From Octopus vulgaris (taxonomy: Eukaryota), in the NCBI GenBank assembly GCA_951406725.2, contig OX597817.1:98828001-98892000 (forward strand): a DNA stretch of 64,000 bases, given 5' to 3'. Shown in pieces: positions 54,872 to 64,000 of the stretch. The notes under the pieces are model-generated. The model did no database searches and had not been told where the DNA came from. It was given only the letters and a program-made list of their open reading frames with translations. The position numbers were made by a program, and so were the translations under genes. Numbering within the stretch: the stretch's first letter is position 1; each line of letters starts with the position of its first letter.

Positions 54872-55955
54872 AGGACCCTAGATAAACTTAAGCTAAGGAT
54901 TAAGGTTGTTGAAAAGCCAGGCAACCCTATCAAATCTATAATCGGTAGAACCTATCCTTTTAGTAGAACCCCCTGTACGGATAAGTACTGTACTGTATGT
55001 AGATTTAGCCCACTAACAAACTGTAAACCCAGAAATGTAGTCTATAGTATAAGATGTATAGAGGGACGATGCAGTAACAAGACGACATATGTAGGGGAAA
55101 CGTCAAGAAGCATAGGAGAGCGGGTTAATGAAAATTGGAGAGAACTCAAGGAAGGTAAAAGCTCATCGATTCTGTACCAACACGCCGAACAGGAACACGG
55201 GGGATCAATCGACAACATAGAAATTAAAATATTGTCCACACATAGAACAGATGCAACAATCAGACAAATTACAGAAGCTACACACATAATAGAAGATAAA
55301 CCTAACCTGAATAGAAAACTGGGATGGAACACTAGCACACACCACAACATATGACGGTAGTGGATCCCAATAAACTAGTTACAATATAAACAAAACTGAA
55401 AACATAATAAATAAAATACACAGATAAATAAACAAATAGAAATAAATAACTATATGAGTTTTTTTGATTTTTTAAAAATTATTATTACTAGTATTGTTGT
55501 TATACATACATACATACAAGCATACGTAATGATAATAATTAGTGGATCTAAACACATGAACAAAATAAGAATAAACTAAAACAACAACAACAAAACCAAC
55601 AAAAATATATTACATGAACGTATATAAACAGAAGATACAAATATTACAGGCATCCCCCCCACACACACACACTAAATAAACATAGACGCACATAGAGATA
55701 TAAGCATGCACAAATGAAGACATACAATAGAAATACAAAATGGCTGATGGTTATTAAGGAGAGACACAAATAAGAAAGAAGAAAACAAAGGACCACTGAT
55801 GCGGTCACAGGAGCGTGATGAAAGAACTCTGGCCGAAATAAGATTAAGATTAATGTAAAAAATAAATAACACTGAAGCAAAATAACACCAAATATATAGT
55901 GCGTGTGTTTTTATTGGCTAAACTAGCAAAATTACCATACCAAAATATAACAACA
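54872..55955 (+). mobile_element. Penelope-like element 3' part with intact GIY-YIG frame (54881-55354), possibly Nematis-like
   Basis: Stop-free frame [76 protein letters not shown]. It has no ATG, so it is absent from the track. Confidence 0.85.
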
Positions 55956-55983
55956 TATATATATATACATATATACATATACA

Positions 55984-56033
<50 letters not shown>

Positions 56034-56072
56034 TATATACATATACATATATACATATATATATATATATAC

Positions 56073-56124
<52 letters not shown>

Positions 56125-56175
56125 ATATTTCGGAATGGTCATATTGCCAGTTTAGCCAATAAAAACACACGCACT

Positions 56176-56273
<98 letters not shown>

Positions 56274-56282
56274 ATATATATA

Positions 56283-56681
56283 TCTTTATATATAAAAGTG
56301 AGGTTGTGTGCTGTCTGTCTCCTACGATTTAGATTCCCAACTACTCCCACATTTTGCGGTGCAGTTTAACCAAAACCGGGTATCTTATAGTTGTGATTAA
56401 TATCGAGTCCTTCTGGGTATTAGCGCTGGTCTACGATGAGTCTACGATTTAAAAAAAAAATTTACCATCAATTTTTCACATTTTTAATGCATTTTTGGCA
56501 TATATAAGGGAAGTAACTCTCTAAAAATTTATTATTAAATCTCAGAACGTAAAAAGCTACAGTAACACCCACCCCCTTTGTGGTTAGCCATATTGAGATG
56601 GCTATTATACTTTACATCTCTAAAAATGCTTATATAGTTATTTCCCTTACAAACCCGAGCAACGCCGGGCGATACTGCTAG
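56283..56681 (+). mobile_element. Non-autonomous Helitron
   Basis: A|TCTTTATATATAAAA 5' end; 3' hairpin CCCGAGCAACGCCGGG then CTAG|T; ends resemble those of 39785-41095. Confidence 0.85.
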
Positions 56682-56721
<40 letters not shown>

Positions 56722-56729
<8 letters not shown>

Positions 56730-57003
56730 ACCGACCAGACCATCAGATGTTGCTACACATCGCTGATCACAATGCGTTCGCATTGTTTTAGCCTTCGAAT
56801 GACACTACCCCACTTGCTAAGTGAGCAGGCCAACAGAAGAGTGGGTGAAAGAGTACAGCAGGGATCACCACCCCCTGCCGGAGCGTCGTGGAGCTGTCAG
56901 GTGCTTTCGCTCAATAAACACTCACAACACCCGGTCTGGGAATCGAAACCGCGATCCTGCGACTGCGATTCCGCTGCCCTAACCACTGGGCCATTGCGCC
57001 TCC
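56722..57003 (-). mobile_element. tRNA-derived SINE, full-length and young-looking
   Basis: Minus strand GGAGGCGCAATGGCCCAGTGGTTAGGGC (A box) .. GGTTTCGATTCCC (B box), followed by about 200 bp of non-tRNA body; CpG retained. Confidence 0.8.
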
Positions 57004-57177
57004 ACACACACACACATATATATATATACATATATATATACATATATATATACATATCTATATACATACATATATATATACACACATATATCTATATATA
57101 TATACATATACATATAACATATATACATACATATAAGATATATATATACATATGACTTATATATATATATATATACA

Positions 57178-57218
<41 letters not shown>

Positions 57219-57281
57219 TATATACACATATACACACATATATATATACATATAACATATATATATACATATAACACACAT

Positions 57282-57337
<56 letters not shown>

Positions 57338-57344
57338 CATACAC

Positions 57345-57612
57345 ATACAATACATAAAAGCAAACTCACGAGGGAGAAGACAATGATCCTGTACCTAAAT
57401 TAAAGCCCACATTGGGGTAAAATTAAATACATATAACATATATATATACATATAACAATATATATATATAGACAGATATATATATATATATATATATAGA
57501 CAGATATATATATATATATAATACACATACAACACATAAAAGCAAACTCACGAGGCAGAAGACAATGATCCCGTACCTACATTAAAGTCCACATTGGGGT
57601 AAAATTAAATAC
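57345..57612. repeat. About 87-bp duplicated segment separated by (TA)n
   Basis: CATAAAAGCAAACTCACGAGG..CACATTGGGGTAAAATTAAATAC at about 57350 and 57535. Confidence 0.85.
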
Positions 57613-58549
57613 TTTTCTAAGCACTGATATTTTGCCATTGTTATACAGAAAAAATCTCCCTGGTAATCTAGTAAAATTATTCGAAGTAGGGATTATCAAA
57701 ACATCAGTCAATGTAACAAGCTGACTGCTTGGTGTGGTTGGCAACTCGCTAATCACTTTTACTTCCTTCTTGCTCAAAAGAGCTCTTAATCAAGCGACTA
57801 TGTCATCACGAATTTTCCTCGTGTATCCTCTACTCTGTGAATTGATATTTTTATTCACCCAGCAATGTTCTACTTCTCAATAATTTGTGCCTGTGAACTT
57901 CCTTATGTTTTTGCTTAGAGCTACACCAAGTACTCTTAGCAGTAAATGTGTCTACGTTTTATCTTTCTCCACTGAGACGTTATACGCTGTTAGGCTAATT
58001 GTAACTGGAGATTACATTGTAGGTACAAGTTTTTCTGAAATATGCTTTTCCTAATGTTTCTCTTGGTGGAAGTAGGCAGATGAATTGCTATGTTAAATAA
58101 AAAGAGATTGTTTTAAACCTTTTCAACATGTGCATGCCGAACATAGAATTATATGGATGCAAACACTTGTTTAACACGAATAAAGATGTTTTACTGATAT
58201 TTTTTTATGAGGACTTGGATTTTGTTAGTTTAAAATGAATAAGCAGTTTGCTGCATCGAACAACTGGGACACTCGTTAGTCGAAAGCAACACCTATTATC
58301 CGCTTTCTGTCTGTGTGTGCATGCGTATGTGCAGGTTGGTTGGTTGCATTTTTCGAGTTTGTCACTAATAAAGAGCCTGTTTGTAGCCTAGAAATAAAAC
58401 CCCTTCATTGGAATTTGGACACAAAACAAGGTAGTCTTGTAAGTATATAGCTACAAGACTACTAAGTCTTTATATAATTCAACATTAAACTGAAGGATTA
58501 ACAGTGACTTCGAAGTGTCGGCAGATTGTTTTGGTTGGGTCTTTTCCTT

Positions 58550-58745
58550 TTGAACGGCAGACAATTTCTAGTTAACTAAACACTTTAAAACTTCGTATAC
58601 TAGTAGAATGTGTCAAAATAAAACATTTTTTCTCTTGGCTTTCTTGAGAAAATTGTAATTTGTTTGTTTAACGTAGTTTAATTTTTCGAATTTTAACCAA
58701 TCCTATGCTCTCTTTTGAGCTAAAATCATTTGCTGCGTCTAAAAC
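58550..58745. repeat. Unclassified interspersed repeat, copy B
   Basis: Homologous to 95-286. Confidence 0.7.
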
Positions 58746-58801
58746 TGAGACAACATCCTGTCACTACCCCCCACCCTAACCCTAATTTTTTTTTTCTTAA
58801 T

Positions 58802-58887
58802 TGTTAAATTAATTTAATTGTTATGCGTGTTAAAAAAAAACCGGTTTCGGTTTTTTTTACACGCGTAACAATTAAATTAATTTAACA
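58802..58887. repeat. Near-perfect 86-bp palindrome
   Basis: TGTTAAATTAATTTAATTGTTATGCGTGTTAAAAAAAAACCG-GTTT-CGGTTTTTTTTACACGCGTAACAATTAAATTAATTTAACA. Confidence 0.92.
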
Positions 58888-61800
58888 GAAGGTAGGTGCC
58901 TTTATTTCGAATCTCTCGCATACACCACAAGCTATTTCGGCGCTCCATATAAGACGTCATCACGATGGCAGCGAAAATCAGGATCGCCAGCGACATCATC
59001 AGACCCTTTAATGGTGAAGGCGATGTAGTGGCCTGGATGCGTAAAATTAGGATGGTGGCAAGACTGCAAGGTATAAGCGATGTGGCAAGTCTTATGGCGC
59101 TGTATTTGGAAGGGAGCGCGTTGACGCTATATCTAGAGATGGACGAGGAAGAACGTCTGAGCGAGGAAAAGATAGAGCAACGTCTGAGGGATGCCTACAC
59201 AGAGTGTGAGTACACAGCTTTTGCTAAGCTGGGTACGATTAGATGGACGGGAGGTCAGGTGGACGAATACGCGGCAGAAGTTCGAAGGTTAGCGACGCTG
59301 GCTGGGTTTACAGGAGAAGGGCTGGAGAGAGCAGCGCGACTGGCGTTTGTAAATGGGTTCCCCGACGATGTAGGGATTCACCTATAACGATTGCCCGGAG
59401 TAAAAAGATGGCGCTGAGCGAACTTGTGACTCAAACCCGTGTGTTGACGGGACACTCTGGGCGGAAGGCGATAGCGATGGCGGTGACGGAGGTGCGTAAA
59501 GACGGACGACGGTCGGAGAAAGACGTGAAGAAACCTACCGTGCAACGACAGCGGCCGTTCTCAGGTCGGTGTTTTAGATGTCAGGGGTCGCACATGGCGA
59601 GGGAGTGTACGCAACCGGGGCCCGTTTGCTATCGATGCAGGCAGACAGGGCACATCGCCCGTGATTGCGACCAGGGAAACGACCGCGGGGAAGTTGCTGC
59701 CTCTCGAACTTTCCCCGCAAACGAGTAGAGGCGCTTTTGGAGACGCAGCCATTAATTGATGTGGAGGCCGAGGGGAAGACGTTCAAGGCCCTCATGGATA
59801 CGGGCTGCACGACCACCCTTGTGACTTCAAGGGTGACGAAGAAATGGAACGGGGCAAGTAGCGTCCGGGCGGTCGACTGCAGCGAAATCCGTTGCAAACG
59901 CAGCAGCAAGGTAGAGATAGTGGTGCGCGGCGCGACGCTAAGGCTGCAGGTAATTGTGGCTGAACGCGTGATAGATGGGGTTGATGAAGTGATGTAGATG
60001 GACGCCATCAACCGCCTCGGTGGGACAGTATTGTGGGAGATGAGGTCACGTTCGGAAGCGTGGGGGCGTCGTGCACTGCGAGTCAGGACCGCCAGAGAGA
60101 GCAGAGCCCCGCGAGGGACTGTGCCGCTTACACCATCGAGGACAAAGATCTTCAGGCGGCGTTCGATGGTCAGCGGTGGAAGATAGAGAGGCGACGGAAG
60201 GACAAGCCCCCGATGCTGAAAAACAGAGTGAGCTGTTACCAGCATACCCTGAAAGGCCACGCCAGGGTCGAGTCTGAAGGAGAGGTGGGTCGACGAAGGA
60301 GGAAGTAGCGGGCGGAGTGCTACCCCTGATGGCGGTGGTGCAGCCTACGAAGATAAAAGTCAGACCTGTGCTGGACTTCAGGGAGCTAAACCAGCATATA
60401 TCGTGTCACACAGGAGGTGAGGCGACGGACGTTTGTGGCGAGACGTTAAGTGCGTGGAGACAGTCGACCAAGGCAGCAACGATTGTCGACTTGAGATCGG
60501 CATACTTGCAGCTCCATGTGAGAGACAAACTGTGGCGATATCAGCTGGTGCGGTACAAAGGTCGAACGTACTGTTTAACCAGGCTGGGTTTCGGGCTGAA
60601 TTCCGCTCCGAAGATCATGGCGGCAGTGCTTAAATCCGTCGTAGGGAAAGACGGCAAGATTAGAAAGGCCGCCAGCTCCTACATTGACGACATTTTGGTG
60701 GACGAAACTGTAGTGCCAGCCAACGAGGGAGTTAGACATCTGGAGAAGTTCGGACTGATTGCGAAGCCACCGGAGTCGATGGAAGGGGGAGCCGTACTGG
60801 AGCTGAAGCTGCGAAGAGATAGATCGGGTGAGTTGGTGTTCCGGAGAGGGAATGAAATCCCAGAGCTGAGTTCCAGCGTCAGCAGGAGAGAGCTGTTCTC
60901 GGTGTGTGGGAAGTTGGTCGGTCACTACCCGATCGCTGGATGGCTGCGCACGGCGTGTAGTTACACCAAGAGACGAGCGGAGGGGGGAGTTGGGGCGACA
61001 AGGTGGGAGAAGAGACGGTGGCGATGATGCAGGAAATCCTAGAGAGGACGAGAGCGGAAGACCCGGTCAGGGGGAACTGGTACGTGCCCAAGACGGAATG
61101 CAGGACTGTCTAGTGTGATGCTAGCAGTATAGCGATAGGGGCTGTGTTGGCGATCGAAGGCGCTGCTGGCTTCGGAAAGCAAATGATTTCAACCACATCA
61201 ATGTCGCCGAATTAGACGAAATTAGATGAAAGGGGTGAACTTGGCCCTGAAATGGGGGCTGCGCACAATTGAAATCCGGACGGATTCAGCCACTGTGCTT
61301 GGCTGGGTAGGATCGGTGATCACCGGTGAAAGGAGAGTTCGGACGAAAGGTGCCGCGGAGATGTTGGTGAAGCGCCGTCTAGGAGTTCTAGGTGAATTGA
61401 TTGCAGAGTTCGGACTGAAGCTGAACGTGGTTTTCGTGCCTTCGGAGAAAAACAGGGCGGACGCACTGACCAGGGTGAAAAGGGCGTGGTTGGAGGAACC
61501 GGAGGAGGCCCGGAGAGGGATAGCTGCGGCGTGTCGGTTGGATGACTCTTAACTGAAGAGGCTGCATGCTATGCATCACTTGGGTGTGGACAGGACCCTT
61601 TGTCTGGCGAAGAAAATTTATGCTGACGTCACTAGGAGAAGCATCCGGAAAGTGGTCGGTAGCTGCGACAGGTGTCAGTCCATTGACCCTGCTCCGTGTG
61701 GGCATGAGCAAGGAAACCTTTCGGTGGAGCACAACTGGAAAAGGCTAGCTGTGGATGTGACGCACTACCGTCAGGGAATGTATCTCTCCACGGTCGACTG

Positions 61801-62713
61801 CGGGCCGGGCCGGCTGGCCATTTGGAGGGAGTTGGGAACGGGCATTGCTGACGAGAAGAACTGCTAATGGACAGCGGGGCGGCGTTTCGTTCGGAAGCAT
61901 TGAGCGATATGCTTGACCGGTGGAAGGTGCGTCGCTTGTTCAGAGCAGCGTATAAGCCGAGCGGTAACGGGATCGTAGAGAGGCATCATCGGACAGACAA
62001 GGCCATAGCGGAAAGAGGGCACATTTCGCCGCTTGAAGCAGTTTTTTGGTACAACTTGTCTCCCCGATCCGGACAAGCTGAAGAATCTGTGCCGCAGAGA
62101 GCTGTATTTAAATATGAATGGAGGCACCCGAGTAAAGCGCCGGAAGGCCACGAGGAAGAGAAGGGACCCGTTTGCGTGAAAATAGGGAAGGAAGTCTGGG
62201 TTAAGCCACCAAAAGCGCGCTGTACGTCTCAATGGAGCAGAGGAACGGTGACGACGGTCAATTCCAGAAACAACGTCTCCGTGGATGGATGCCGCGACAC
62301 GTCTTGGACCTTCGCAGGATTGTCGCTTCGACGGACAACGATTGTGGAGAGAGGGAGAACGAGGTGTGTAGCTTGAGAAGATCTCGACGCGCAAGGCGTC
62401 CCCCCGGTTGGATGGTGGACTACGACATGGAGTAGAGAGATTGTGATCTTTAAGATCAGGGTGGCGTGTGGGATGACGTCAGCAGCTGGGGAGCTGACCA
62501 GAGGGGCAGCAGTGACGCGCGCGCAGGTAGGGCAGGATTCTGCCTTTTCAAGCGAGTAAGACGAGGTCAGTACGTTGTTAAGGTTGGGAGAAGCAGCTGC
62601 TATCTCTAGCGTTCGGGTCGGGCTGTGTTGAAGGATTCATTACCGTTGAAGGGTCTCCATCTGAGCGAAGAGAAGGTAGGTGCCTTTATTTCGAATCTCT
62701 CGCATACACCACA
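58887..62713 (+). mobile_element. Ty3/Gypsy-type LTR retrotransposon, decayed; 5' LTR reduced to 43 bp
   Basis: gag 58965-59728 (two CCHC knuckles); protease ALMDTG; RT RPVLDFRELN..DLRSAYLQ..FGLNSAP..YIDD; RNase H INVAEL..IRTDS..NRAD; integrase H..HLG..CDRC, D..DSG..GIVER. The order PR-RT-RH-IN is Gypsy-type; frameshifts and stops throughout. Confidence 0.92.
62467..62713 (+). repeat. 3' LTR (247 bp)
   Basis: TGTGG..CCACA termini, preceded by a purine-rich tract; the last 43 bp (62671-62713) are identical to 58887-58929. Confidence 0.88.
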
Positions 62714-63627
62714 TTTTCCTCTGAGTCGCTTTCTGGCTCTGTGATAGCTGCTGTTTTAGGAAAGTTTTGTTTGTTTCTTGGTGACATTTTTGAGGGGAAG
62801 ACTTTCTCCCAGGGCCTAAGCAAGTGGAATTTTTCGCCGGGCATTGATTTTTTCTTTTATGGATGTCTCCACCGCACCAAAAGCAGGCTGGTTTAGCGGC
62901 TGCAAGATGGGGTCGTTGATCGATACCAGCTGAGCCTTGCGATAGGTTGCGATTGTTTTCAACGGCCACCTATATGGTTTGAGTAAGCTTATAGTGTTTC
63001 TAAGCTGTCGTCTGATGATTGGAGAAGCCTTTGTCTGATTGATGGTGATTGAAGCCCAGCCACAAAGACATCACCAATTAGAATTTCTCGGTAACGGTCC
63101 GCCGTTAGGGCTTGGATTTTACACTTCTTGGCCAGCACCTGAAGGCTTGACATAAATTCTTCCATAGACTCGTTTTCCTTTTGTTTTTGAGTTCGTAGCT
63201 TATGGCGCATCATTATGTTTGAATCTTTCTTTATGAACTTTGAGTCCAGGCGTTCTATTGCTGCTTCGAAGCTTTCGGATTCTTCGACGATGGGACTAAG
63301 AGTACCTCCAGTTTAGATTCATCTGGAACTTTTGCTGTTGCTATGTAGATGTGTAGCATCCATTTCCCGTAAATATAATCTTCCTCGGTTACGTCTTGTA
63401 GGGTCCTCTCGAACACTTTGACATCCATTTAAATGAAGTTCAAATAAAATTTGTCATAAACCGGTTCAAAGAAAGCCTTTATTCAAACTTTATTTCTGCT
63501 CGCCGTGTAATCTGTTTATCACTGCTGTTCAATGATTAAGACGTGTTATTTTAAATCAAGTAAAGACAGTATCCGTGTATCAACGTCATTCGACACTATG
63601 TCGCATTTTCGTACTCAGTACAAAACA
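62714..63627 (-). mobile_element. Second Gypsy-like element, 5' part (gag relic; putative LTR 63452-63627)
   Basis: RHKLRTQKQKENESMEEFMSSLQVLAKKC..DVFVAGLQSPSIRQRLL and CFWCGGDIH..CPAKNSTC. The putative LTR has TGT..ACA ends and AATAAA on the minus strand. Confidence 0.72.
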
Positions 63628-64000
63628 ATATATCTATATTTTTATCTATTATTTACTATTGTAGAAAGAAATTAATGATAGGATATCATAATTCATAACA
63701 CTGATATACAACAGGACCAGTTGGAATGTTGGTCAGAAGACGGTTCGACAAGGAATCGTCGGCTCCTCGTTTCCGAGCATTTCTTCATTTGTACTTCCTT
63801 ATTTATGCCGATACCGCTGATGGCTGACAAGACCTATTTTTGCGTAGAACAATAGTCCACAGATGTCACGTCCAATGGTCGGTAGCGCCTTTGGCCGGAG
63901 TTGGTTGGTCTTTCGTTGGAACGATAAGAATTATATGAACAAGCCTTACACACCCGATAGTGTTTAACATAAGGGAAATAACTCTACTAATCAAATTAAA

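Noticed and set aside
56930-57003. Possible tRNA gene
   Set aside because: A and B boxes are present, but the anticodon arm is irregular and the sequence continues into a SINE body.
57577-57900. Possible coding exon on the minus strand
   Set aside because: No recognisable domain and no convincing splice-site pair.

Overview
AT-rich, repeat-dominated eukaryotic DNA. An octopus or other coleoid cephalopod is my inference from the repeat landscape (huge (TA)n tracts, (CAT)n-tailed RTE LINEs, tRNA/CORE SINEs); it is not verified. The only host gene I can support is a NEK4-like kinase on the minus strand, with coding exon 1 at 49084-49206 and exon 2 at 39450-39716. Exon 3 was not found, so intron 2 may exceed 39 kb. 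The rest is transposon-derived: about ten RTE LINE copies whose ORF carries an internal PHD finger; CR1-group LINEs, including a near full-length copy with a tandem-monomer 5' UTR and an unusual Myb/SANT-like + CCCH ORF1; three distinct Penelope-like (GIY-YIG) remnants; two Helitrons; a Tc1/mariner relic; several SINEs; and two nested, decayed Gypsy LTR elements. The most interesting hidden layer is a set of type I hammerhead ribozyme motifs read directly from the sequence. Two have intact cores and a long rod-like stem II (52750-52842 + and 34511-34595 -), one has a U3-A8 covariant core (9214-9264 +), and several are degenerate. They lie downstream of Penelope ORFs or in short non-coding islands embedded in (TA)n, which suggests a Penelope/retrozyme-like system. 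The YIYIY-type ORFs in the supplied track are microsatellite artefacts.
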